Source of the DNA: an uncultured Acidobacteriota bacterium
GTDB taxonomy: Bacteria; Acidobacteriota; Blastocatellia; RBC074
Assembly (NCBI GenBank): GCA_963699175.1
Contig: OY969418.1
Location: forward strand, 7,730,689 to 7,794,688
DNA: 64,000 nucleotides
Reading direction: 5' to 3'
Shown here: positions 27,939 to 36,079 of the stretch, piece after piece
Position numbering within the stretch: the stretch's first letter is position 1
How the letters are laid out: every line of letters starts with the position of its first letter
Made by a program: the position numbers and the translations under genes
Notes under the pieces: model-generated
Databases searched by the model: none
What the model saw: the letters and a program-made list of their open reading frames with translations, nothing else
Told to the model about the DNA's origin: nothing

Positions 27939-28035
27939 CGCGTTTTCTCCTGCGAGCTGTTGGGCTATCTACAAAGGCTCACACGCAAGCTAAACCTAGA
28001 AAAAACATTTTGGCAAACACCGCGCCAGCACGAGC

Positions 28036-29736
28036 CTAAAAGTCCGGCTCTTGATATTCCCCAAACACGGGCCGTAGCGCGTCGCACATTTCACCCAACG
28101 TGCAATCAGCGCGCGCACACTCAATCAGCAGCGGCATCGTGTTGGCCTGCTGGTCTTCCGCGCCTTTACGTAAAGCGTCGAGCGCGCGTTCAGCTTTGGC
28201 TTTATCGCGCCTCTCACGCAGCCGCGCCAGCCGCTCTGCTTGCAGCCCCGCCACCGTTTCGTCAATCAAGAGGATATTCGGCTCGCCGAGTTCGTTGCCT
28301 TCCATTTGATAGTCATTGACGCCGACGATGATCTTCTCACCGCGTTCGACCGCACGCTGATATTGGTAGGCCGATTCATGAATCTCCTTTTGCGGGAAGC
28401 CCAACTCAATGGCCTCGACCATTCCACCCATCGCGTCAATCTTGCGGAAGTACTCCCAGGTTTCCTCTTCGATGTCTTTGGTCAGCCGCTCGATGAAGTA
28501 GGAACCGGCCAGCGGATCAACTGTGTTGTTGGCGCCGGTCTCGTGCGCGATGATCTGTTGCGTGCGCAATGCAATCAGCGCCGCGCGTTCGGTCGGCAGC
28601 GCCAACGCTTCGTCGTAGCCGTCGCAATGCAGCGACTGCGTGCCGCCAATGACACCAGCCAGCGCCTGAATCGCCACGCGGATAATGTTGTTGATCGGCT
28701 GTTGCACGGTGAGCGAGACGCCCGCTGTCTGCGTGTGGAAGCGCATTTGCCACGAGCGCGGATTTTGCGCGTTGAAGCGTTCGGTCATCACGCGATACCA
28801 AATGCGCCGCGCCGCACGGTACTTGGCAATCTCTTCAAAAAAGTCGTTGTGTGCGTTGAAGAAGAACGACAGGCGCGGCGCGAACTCATCCACGTCCAGT
28901 CCCGCGCTGATGCCGTATTCGACGTATTCAATGCCGTCGCGCAGCGTGAAAGCCAATTCCTGCGCCGCCGTCGCGCCCGCTTCGCGAATGTGGTAGCCGG
29001 AGATTGAGATGGAATTCCACTTCGGCATCTCCTGCGCGCAGAACTTGAAGGTGTCCGTGATCAAACGCATCGCCGGGCGCGGCGGATAAATCCATTCCTT
29101 CTGCGCGATGTATTCTTTCAGGATGTCGTTTTGCAACGTGCCGCCAATGTTGTTCCACGCTGCGCCTTGCCGCTCCGCGGTCGCCAGAAAGAAAGCGAAG
29201 ATCATCGAAGCGGGCGCGTTGATCGTCATCGAAGTCGTAACTTGATCGAGCGGGATGCCATCAAAGAGCACTTCCATATCTTCACGCGACGCAATGGCCA
29301 CGCCGCACTTGCCGACCTCGCCCTCGGAAAACGGATGGTCGGAGTCGTAACCCATCAGCGTCGGTAGATCGAAGGCAGTAGACAAGCCTGTCTGGCCGTG
29401 TTCGAGCAGATATTTGAAACGCCGATTGGTATCGAAGGCCGAGCCAAAGCCAGCGAATTGCCGCATCGTCCAGGGCTTTGCACGATAGCCAGTCGGATGA
29501 ATGCCGCGCGTGTAAGGCGGCTGCCCCGGGAAGTTGATGTCGCGCGCGAAGTCAATGTCTGTTACGTCCTGCGGCGTGTAGAGCCGTTTAATCGGGCGCA
29601 GCGAGACGGTCGAAAACTCGCGCTGGCTTTCGGGCAGCTTCTTGAGCGAAGCCGCGAGCGTGGTTTCTTCCCATTCTTGTTGCAGTGCGTCGGGTTGATT
29701 CTCTAAGAGAGTGACATTAGTAGACGAATTGCTCAT
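28036..29736 (-). CDS. Methylmalonyl-CoA mutase large (catalytic, TIM-barrel) subunit
   Basis: It has the typical [33 protein letters not shown] and [23 protein letters not shown] blocks. The ATG at 29736 has an AAGGAG SD. The listed TTG at 29766 lies inside a REP-B arm. Confidence 0.9.
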   Translation of the reverse strand: MSNSSTNVTLLENQPDALQQEWEETTLAASLKKLPESQREFSTVSLRPIKRLYTPQDVTDIDFARDINFPGQPPYTRGIHPTGYRAKPWTMRQFAGFGSAFDTNRRFKYLLEHGQTGLSTAFDLPTLMGYDSDHPFSEGEVGKCGVAIASREDMEVLFDGIPLDQVTTSMTINAPASMIFAFFLATAERQGAAWNNIGGTLQNDILKEYIAQKEWIYPPRPAMRLITDTFKFCAQEMPKWNSISISGYHIREAGATAAQELAFTLRDGIEYVEYGISAGLDVDEFAPRLSFFFNAHNDFFEEIAKYRAARRIWYRVMTERFNAQNPRSWQMRFHTQTAGVSLTVQQPINNIIRVAIQALAGVIGGTQSLHCDGYDEALALPTERAALIALRTQQIIAHETGANNTVDPLAGSYFIERLTKDIEEETWEYFRKIDAMGGMVEAIELGFPQKEIHESAYQYQRAVERGEKIIVGVNDYQMEGNELGEPNILLIDETVAGLQAERLARLRERRDKAKAERALDALRKGAEDQQANTMPLLIECARADCTLGEMCDALRPVFGEYQEPDF

Positions 29737-29755
29737 TGTTTGGACTCCTTGGAAA

Positions 29756-29839
29756 ATGTCCGACAAGCTGCCAGCTTGTCGCTGACTTTGCTATGCGTCC
29801 AACCGAAAGACCGCGACAGGCTGGCAGCTTGTCGGACAT
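29756..29839. repeat. REP-B double-hairpin palindrome
   Basis: ATGTCCGACAAGCTGCCAGCTTGTCGC (29756-29782) pairs with GCGACAGGCTGGCAGCTTGTCGGACAT (29813-29839). Each arm is itself a small palindrome (CGACAAGC..GCTTGTCG). Confidence 0.8.
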
Positions 29840-29985
29840 TGCGAGAAACAGCCTGATTTTATTGGCGAAATCGTTCGTTCAGCCTTAAGTGGCGATGATA
29901 GTGGAGCATTACAAGGAGTGTCAAACAAGAGAACTTGGCGGCTACGTGCTTGTGCTGTGCTGAGTAGGCTGTCTGTTATTGCGGC

Positions 29986-31224
29986 TCAGGCGAAACTTTC
30001 CTCCGCCCTACCACGTTGCGAACGATAAATGAAATTAGCCCGGCCAAAGCGCACTTCACAGCCGTCATCCAAGCGCACTTCCTTGATGCGTTTGCCGTTG
30101 ACGAAAGTGCCATTGCTGCTGTCTAGATCGAAGAGCAAGTATTGATCCTCTTCGACGATCAAGCGGGCGTGGCGTTTGGAGACCGAAGGGTGTTCGATCA
30201 CGAAAGAGTTGTTGAGTGTACGCCCGACGAAGATTTCATCGCGGTTGAGGATGAAGGCGATGCGCTCGTCGCCATCCGGCGTGAACGAAACGAAGTGCGG
30301 GCGGTTGTCCAGATTTTCGCGCGCCGGAAGGCGGATGTTTGCGCCGCAGCGCATGCAGAACTTCGCGCCAGGGCGTTGTGGTTCGCTACAGACAGGACAT
30401 AGCTCCAGTTCTTCGGGATCAGGAATAATGACCCCACAACGCGGGCAAGGCATGCCGGCTTTGCCCTTCGCGCCGCATTGCTGGCAGTAACGGCGCGTCG
30501 GCATCAGCATCGTACCTTCGCGGTGTGGCGAAGTCTCGGCGTGATACTTAGTGCGTGAGCGTACCCACAGGAAGAGCGCAACCATCGCAATGACCAGCAG
30601 CACGAAAAAGCCATTGTGCCACTTGGTCGCGCCTTCCAGCATCGTGTTGAAGAGTGCATGCAACATTGCCGCAATCAGCCAGCCTTTGACGACAATGGGC
30701 GCGCGTTCACTGGTCAGGTTGGGTTTGGTCTTGGCTTCGCAGAGCGCCAGACCCCAGACAGCGGAGAAAAGCGCATGGCCAGGGTTCGAGAGTGGCCCGC
30801 GCAGCAATACAAACAGCGGATTGTTTTGCGAGATGTAGAAGATATTTTCGACGGCGGCAAAGCCTAGCGCGGCAGCGGCGCTGTAGATGACACCATCGAG
30901 CGGCTCGTCGAATTCCGGCTGGCGGTAAGCGTAAATCCAGACCATCAGCATCTTGATGCCCTCTTCGACCGGCCCGACGACGCAAAAGAAAAAGAGAATG
31001 TCCGAGATTTGCGTCTTGCCCGCAAACGCATAGAAGAGATTGCGCCCAATGACATTGAGGAAGAGCGCCGGAATCGTCGAGAACGCGCCCAGCGCAAAGG
31101 TGATGGCGATCAGCCGTAACGGCGGGCGTTTGTAACGGCTATGCGTGTAGAAGTAGACCAGCCAGACTACGCAAGGCAGCAGCGAGATGAAGGGGATGAA
31201 GATGAGTTTTTGCAGGTCAGTCAT
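29986..31224 (-). CDS. PrsW-family intramembrane protease + double zinc ribbon + C-terminal FHA domain
   Basis: PrsW motifs are VEEGIKML, GFAAVENIFY, HALFSAVWG and HALFNTMLEG. There are four CxxC pairs (CQQCG, CPRCG, CPVCS, CMRCG). The FHA segment is IFVGRTLNNSFVIEHPSVSKRHARL...LDSSNGTFVNG. Confidence 0.8.
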   Translation of the reverse strand: MTDLQKLIFIPFISLLPCVVWLVYFYTHSRYKRPPLRLIAITFALGAFSTIPALFLNVIGRNLFYAFAGKTQISDILFFFCVVGPVEEGIKMLMVWIYAYRQPEFDEPLDGVIYSAAAALGFAAVENIFYISQNNPLFVLLRGPLSNPGHALFSAVWGLALCEAKTKPNLTSERAPIVVKGWLIAAMLHALFNTMLEGATKWHNGFFVLLVIAMVALFLWVRSRTKYHAETSPHREGTMLMPTRRYCQQCGAKGKAGMPCPRCGVIIPDPEELELCPVCSEPQRPGAKFCMRCGANIRLPARENLDNRPHFVSFTPDGDERIAFILNRDEIFVGRTLNNSFVIEHPSVSKRHARLIVEEDQYLLFDLDSSNGTFVNGKRIKEVRLDDGCEVRFGRANFIYRSQRGRAEESFA

Positions 31225-31226
31225 TC

Positions 31227-31335
31227 GATTTTAGATTTTGGATTTTGGATTTTGGATGGCGGATTTGTTGAAATGCTGCTTGGTCTTGCTGCGCTAAATT
31301 CTCAATCCAAAATCCAAAATCTAAAATCCAAAATC
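31227..31335. repeat. Heptamer-hairpin (unit GATTTTG / CAAAATC)
   Basis: The left arm is GATTTTA GATTTTG GATTTTG GATTTTG GATGGCG GATTT. The right arm is AAATTCTCAATCCAAAATCCAAAATCTAAAATCCAAAATC. It exactly fills the gap between two same-strand genes. Confidence 0.85.
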
Positions 31336-33124
31336 AATTCTCTTCGCTCTTGCGTTTCAAAATCACCATCGTCAGGTCATCCACGCTCTTGGCTTTACCG
31401 ACGAAGCGTTGCAGGGCGTCGTCAATGCGGTCGCGCAGGCCGGCAGCGGTGCGCCCGCGATTGCGCTGGGCGATTTCGATCAGACGAGCTTCGCCGAACT
31501 CTTCTTCTTGCTCGTTGAGGCTTTCGGTCACGCCATCGGAATAGATTACCAGCACATCGCCGGGTTCAAGCTGCACCAAACCTTCATGATAATCGCCGAA
31601 GGGTGTGATACCGACCGGAAAACCGCCGATGTCCAGGCCCGTAACTTCACCCGAGGCGCGCACGAGGAGCGGCGAGTTGTGGCCACCGTTGATGTAGGTC
31701 AATTGATGCGTGCGCGGATCGAGTTCGCTGTAAAAGAGCGTCACATAGCGGTTGGCGGGCGTGTTGTCGTAGATGTAATGGTTGATCTCGCTGACGATCT
31801 CACTTGGCGAGAGCCGTGTGGTGGCTTGCGCGCGCACGGCGGCATGGATGGAAGACATCAGCAGTGCCGCGCCCGTTCCTTTACCCGATACGTCACCAAG
31901 TGCGATGACGTGACGACCGTCGCGCTTCTCGATGAAATCGAAGTAGTCGCCGCCGACTTCGTAACAAGGGAAGCTCACGCCCATCAAATCGTAACCTTCA
32001 ATGGACGGCGACGCCGAAGGGTGCAAGCGCAATTGAATTTCGCTGGCCAGGGCCAATTCGTTGGCAAGGCGCTTCTGCTCCTGCTGCGCGTCGAGCAGGC
32101 GGACGTTTTCGATGCGGATGGCGGCGACGCTCGCGATCAGCGTCAGCAGTTCAAGGTCGCGTTTGGTGAAACGGTTGGTGTGAACGGGGCTGTCAACGTA
32201 GATCATGCCCAGCACGCGCCCTTCGACCATCAAGGGCACGGCCATGATTGAGCGGATGCCGGTGAGCATGATGGATTGATTCGATTGGAAGCGCGGATCT
32301 TGTTGCGCGTCGGAGGTGAGCAGTGATTTGCCGTGCTGCAAGACCTGCTCGGTAATCGAGCGGCTGAGCGAAACTTCATTACTGTTCGGCCCGGTGCTGC
32401 GCAACTTTTGGGCTTTGCAAACGAGTTCGGGCGGCGCGTTCTTCTTGCCCTCCGGCGGTTCGAGCAGCATCACGTAGCCGCGATCTGCCTGGTTCACCTG
32501 AAAGACGCACTCCAGCACTTGCCCCAAGGTTTCGTCGAGCGACATCGGCGAGAGCAGCGTCACGCTCACGCGGCTGATGACGGCCAGCGTGTCGTCTTGC
32601 GAAGCGGTGACCGGCCCACTCGGTTGCACGCCAACTGGCCCGGATTTGTGCAGCGATTGCGCTAGCAGTGTTTGATGGCTGGAATCAATCGTAGTTAGCA
32701 GACTCTCCTTTGAATTGCGCGAGCCGGAGGCAATCGTCACTTCGGGAGCCGATGGATGCGGCGTGTCGGCCAGCAGCACCTGTGTGCGGCCTTTGGTGCG
32801 GCTCGTGTCGGCGCGGTCGTTGAATTCGATCTCAGTCTCGCCGATGCGGATGACATCGCCATCACGCAAGAGGGCTGGGGAAGTCAAGCGCGCTTCATTG
32901 AGCAGCGTGCCATTGGCGCTGCCCAGGTCGCTCAACCAAAAGCTGGTGTCGCCTTTCTTGCGCACTTCAGCGTGTAGGCGGGAGGCGAATGGGTCTTCCA
33001 AACAAAGATCGTTGCGCGCAGAACGGCCAATAGTGACGCGGGGACGATTCAATTCGGCAACCGAATCGCTACCGGGTGCGCTGGCGGAACCAGCGGGGGC
33101 AACACGAACAATCAAACGTGGCAT
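31334..33124 (-). CDS. FHA - GAF - PP2C/SpoIIE-type Ser/Thr phosphatase
   Basis: The FHA segment is VTIGRSARNDLCLEDPFASRLHAEV...LGSANGTLLN. There is a central GAF-like region. The phosphatase motifs are GGDYFDF, ALGDVSGKGTGAALLMS and YSDGVTE. Confidence 0.85.
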   Translation of the reverse strand: MPRLIVRVAPAGSASAPGSDSVAELNRPRVTIGRSARNDLCLEDPFASRLHAEVRKKGDTSFWLSDLGSANGTLLNEARLTSPALLRDGDVIRIGETEIEFNDRADTSRTKGRTQVLLADTPHPSAPEVTIASGSRNSKESLLTTIDSSHQTLLAQSLHKSGPVGVQPSGPVTASQDDTLAVISRVSVTLLSPMSLDETLGQVLECVFQVNQADRGYVMLLEPPEGKKNAPPELVCKAQKLRSTGPNSNEVSLSRSITEQVLQHGKSLLTSDAQQDPRFQSNQSIMLTGIRSIMAVPLMVEGRVLGMIYVDSPVHTNRFTKRDLELLTLIASVAAIRIENVRLLDAQQEQKRLANELALASEIQLRLHPSASPSIEGYDLMGVSFPCYEVGGDYFDFIEKRDGRHVIALGDVSGKGTGAALLMSSIHAAVRAQATTRLSPSEIVSEINHYIYDNTPANRYVTLFYSELDPRTHQLTYINGGHNSPLLVRASGEVTGLDIGGFPVGITPFGDYHEGLVQLEPGDVLVIYSDGVTESLNEQEEEFGEARLIEIAQRNRGRTAAGLRDRIDDALQRFVGKAKSVDDLTMVILKRKSEEN

Positions 33125-33137
33125 AGGGGATTCCTAT

Positions 33138-33264
33138 CAGGGAAAAGCAAAAGGCAAAAAGCAAATATCAAAAGGCAAAAGTGTAAAACCTGCCTTTTAG
33201 TTGAGAGAAGAAGGTGCCGACCTTAACTTTTGATATTTGCCTTTTGCCTTTTGATTTTTGACTG
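33138..33264. repeat. Heptamer-like hairpin (unit approx. CAAAAGG / CCTTTTG)
   Basis: The left arm CAGGGAAAAGCAAAAGGCAAAAAGCAAATATCAAAAGGCAAAAG pairs with CTTAACTTTTGATATTTGCCTTTTGCCTTTTGATTTTTGACTG. It fills the gap between the phosphatase start and the upstream gene's stop. Confidence 0.8.
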
Positions 33265-35061
33265 CTACCGCTCCTGAAAACTATTCTGGAAACTTTTGCC
33301 TGGCACCGGCTCTTTGCGCGCCTCGGCCTGTTTGGCTTGGGTCGCCTTGAGCAGCCCTTTTGACTGCCGCTCTAGTTCTTTTTGCTGGCGCTCTAGTTCT
33401 TTGCGCGCGGGTTTCTCAATCTGCTTGGCGGCATTCTGCGCGATCTGCGCATAAGGCCCCGCTTCACACTTCTTGAAATACTCGAAGGCTTTGATGAGTT
33501 GGCCCAGCCCTTTGTAAGAGCCACCGAGAAAGTAATAAATGTCCTTATCACTCGGCGTCAGCCGCACCGCCTCGTGCAACTCCTTGAGTGCCGCGCCGAA
33601 TTGGCCAATGTTGAAATAGCGCTTGCCTAATTCTTTGTGATGTTGCGCCACCAGCGTAGGATCGGGCGTCTCCAGCGGGCGCAGCGGATTGAAGTTCGAG
33701 AGTGAACGCGCACCAGGCGCGGCAAATGGATTTTGGGGAATCAGCGCAACTTGACTGCGCGCCGTTGTGTTGGGCAGCAGCACTGGCCCCAGGTTTTTCC
33801 GTCCACTCGTACGACGCGGACGCCCGCCCTGAGCGTGATTGCCCGGCGTCGCTTGCGCCAGCGCGTCATCCAATTCTTCGATAGCTTCGAGCGCCCGTGT
33901 CGCTTCCGGGCTGGATTGATTCATTGTGATGATACGTTGGTATTGTGCGCGCGCTTCGCTGAGATTGCCTTTGGCGCGATGCATCTCGGCCACCTTAAGC
34001 CGCGCGCTCAGATTTTCCGGCACCACCTTGAGCAGGCCATTGTAGGCTTTCAGCGCTTCATCTGTACGGCCTGCACCTTCAAAGGTCTCCGCCAGCAACT
34101 GGCGCGGTCCTGGCCGATCGGGCGTTAATTCAATCGCCTTGCTCAAATCTGCCGCTGCCGTTTCGACTTGGCCGCCTTGTCGTGCGCGTTCGGCATTTTG
34201 GATCAACTGCTCACTTTGATCTACGGGCGAAAGCAAGTTACGCCCCGCATTTTGCGCATTAGCTGAGTTGGCTCTTTGATTGTAATAAAGATAAGCCCCG
34301 CTACCCAGCAACAGGCAGGCTAACAGGCCCGCCGCCACGCGCAGGAACAAACCAGCTTGTGGGTGCTCGTGTAAACCAGAGGCCTCGGCCACCGCAACGG
34401 CGGGCGGCATTGATAGCTTGCCGGAATTTAAGCCAGTTGTCTGCAGCGGCCCTGAGTTGCGCGCCGCATTCGGCGGCAATGGCCCGGTTCTCACCTTAGG
34501 GGTTGGGTTGCTAGTCAACGGGCCGGAATTCCTGGCCAGGGCAGATACTACTGGGGGTGTAGCGGTCGTTAGTTGATTGGCCTGCGTGGTTACTTGCGCT
34601 GCCGCCAATTTGTCGGCGGCATTTTGGGCCAGGCGTTGCGATAGACTGCTGGCAGCCGTCTGTTTGATTTGACGCGCATCTTCTTCCTGTTTTTGCTCGA
34701 TGAGGTGCGCGGCGCGCTTACGCTGCTGATCTTTACTAGCTGCCAGCCGCTCACGTCTAGGTAGCGGCGGAGCCGGCGGTGGAGGCGGAATAGAAGTAGC
34801 GGCTTGTTCGGCTACCGGTTCTTCTGTCGCTGCGCTAGTAGCAGATTTACTGCTGGGGGAAGAAACGATGCGAAGTTGCGACTTCGCCGGTGAGGTAGCC
34901 GAATTAGCTGAACCTTGACCGTCAGGATTTGGCGCGTCGGCGCGCGGTTGGGCCGTGCTGGCTTTCGTCGCCTGCGTGTCTAAGTCAGTCCCACACTGAC
35001 GGCAGAATCTGGCGGCCACTCCATTTGCCGCTCCACAACTCCCACAATAATTCACAGTCAT
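33265..35061 (-). CDS. N-terminal zinc ribbon - low-complexity linker - TM - TPR repeat protein
   Basis: The zinc ribbon is MTVNYCGSCGAANGVAARFCRQCG. It is followed by an Ala/Pro/Ser-rich region, the TM LFLRVAAGLLACLLLGSGAYLYY and C-terminal TPR-like repeats. Confidence 0.7.
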   Translation of the reverse strand: MTVNYCGSCGAANGVAARFCRQCGTDLDTQATKASTAQPRADAPNPDGQGSANSATSPAKSQLRIVSSPSSKSATSAATEEPVAEQAATSIPPPPPAPPLPRRERLAASKDQQRKRAAHLIEQKQEEDARQIKQTAASSLSQRLAQNAADKLAAAQVTTQANQLTTATPPVVSALARNSGPLTSNPTPKVRTGPLPPNAARNSGPLQTTGLNSGKLSMPPAVAVAEASGLHEHPQAGLFLRVAAGLLACLLLGSGAYLYYNQRANSANAQNAGRNLLSPVDQSEQLIQNAERARQGGQVETAAADLSKAIELTPDRPGPRQLLAETFEGAGRTDEALKAYNGLLKVVPENLSARLKVAEMHRAKGNLSEARAQYQRIITMNQSSPEATRALEAIEELDDALAQATPGNHAQGGRPRRTSGRKNLGPVLLPNTTARSQVALIPQNPFAAPGARSLSNFNPLRPLETPDPTLVAQHHKELGKRYFNIGQFGAALKELHEAVRLTPSDKDIYYFLGGSYKGLGQLIKAFEYFKKCEAGPYAQIAQNAAKQIEKPARKELERQQKELERQSKGLLKATQAKQAEARKEPVPGKSFQNSFQER

Positions 35062-35430
35062 TGCTTTAATCCCCACAAAAGATCACTACAAGTTGGATGC
35101 TGTTGCACGGGGCTGACCACGCAGGAACGTAGCCATTGGGGCACAGTTTAACCACTCGTTGTTGGCGTGGTATTCAAGCCGGGATGCCATGGGGGATGGC
35201 CGCCGCTTGTGCCAACAAAACTCCGTCCCGGTGGGGAACGATCTTTAGTCTGTTGTAGCTACGGCGCGCTCATCATTGCATGATTGATGATGTGCCGCAA
35301 CCCTGCCGGGACGCCGAAATGATTAAAGCTCGGTTCGGTACAAACTAGAAAAAGGAAACGAGTCGCTCAAACAGAAATTTCAATTGGAGTTACCTTGGTC
35401 GTCAGCAAAAGCGAGTCGCCTGCTTAAGCC

Positions 35431-35949
35431 TTATTCTTTGACGACCAACGTACCGGCTAGCTTGTCGTGCCAGCCTTGCTGCTTTCCATCCCAAAGAGCC
35501 CAGAGTAAACCTAGTCCGCCACACAGCAGCGAGAGCGGGTAACCGATGAAATGCCTGATAGCCAGCGCGCGAAAATCCAGCGGCTGGCCATCGGCACGGA
35601 TCACGCGAATGCCGATAAAGCGTTTGCCAAAGGTCTGGCCATCCCGCTCGGCGTAATAGACCAAATTGAAAAACAGCACGCCTGCTGTGGCCAAATAGCC
35701 CAACAATAGAACGATGTTGGCCAACTCCGTCGCTTCCCATCGGCGTTTGATGGCGTAGGCTACCAGCACCGTCAACGAGAGCACCAGCATCGTCAAAATG
35801 TAATCGAGCAAAAATGCCCCGCAGCGCAAGCCCAAACTGGCCAACGCCGCTTGCTTTTTGCCACCAGCACGCTGACCGGGCGATCTGTCGGCAAAAGCCT
35901 GACTCGAAGCTGCATTGCTCATGCGAACAACGTGGGTGGTTTGGGACAT
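35431..35949 (-). CDS. RDD-family membrane protein
   Basis: CGAFLLDYILTMLVL, RDGQTFGKRFIGIRVIRADG and GWHDKLAGTLVV are typical RDD-domain blocks. Confidence 0.8.
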   Translation of the reverse strand: MSQTTHVVRMSNAASSQAFADRSPGQRAGGKKQAALASLGLRCGAFLLDYILTMLVLSLTVLVAYAIKRRWEATELANIVLLLGYLATAGVLFFNLVYYAERDGQTFGKRFIGIRVIRADGQPLDFRALAIRHFIGYPLSLLCGGLGLLWALWDGKQQGWHDKLAGTLVVKE

Positions 35950-35977
35950 CGCAGTGAATTCCAGAGAGTGTGTGTAG

Positions 35978-36066
35978 GTCGGTACTACAGGGAGCGATAG
36001 CGACCTAGTGATTTAGGTTGCGCTTAATGCGGAGAACCAGGTCGCCATTACTCCCTGTACCGCACC
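35978..36066. repeat. REP-A hairpin copy
   Basis: GGTCGGTACTACAGGGAGCGATAGCGACCT ... AGGTCGCCATTACTCCCTGTACCGCACC. It lies between the RDD and kinase genes. Confidence 0.8.
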
Positions 36067-36079
36067 ACGCGTGCCGGTC

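Noticed and set aside
29737-29985. Possible cobalamin riboswitch upstream of the methylmalonyl-CoA mutase genes
   Set aside because: I could not find a B12-box-like conserved core. The region is instead occupied by a REP-B palindrome.
35108-35135. GGGGCTGA... resembles the 5' end of tmRNA
   Set aside because: There is no tRNA-like 3' end (no GGTTCGA-type T arm or CCA) and no tag-like reading frame in the following 350 nt.
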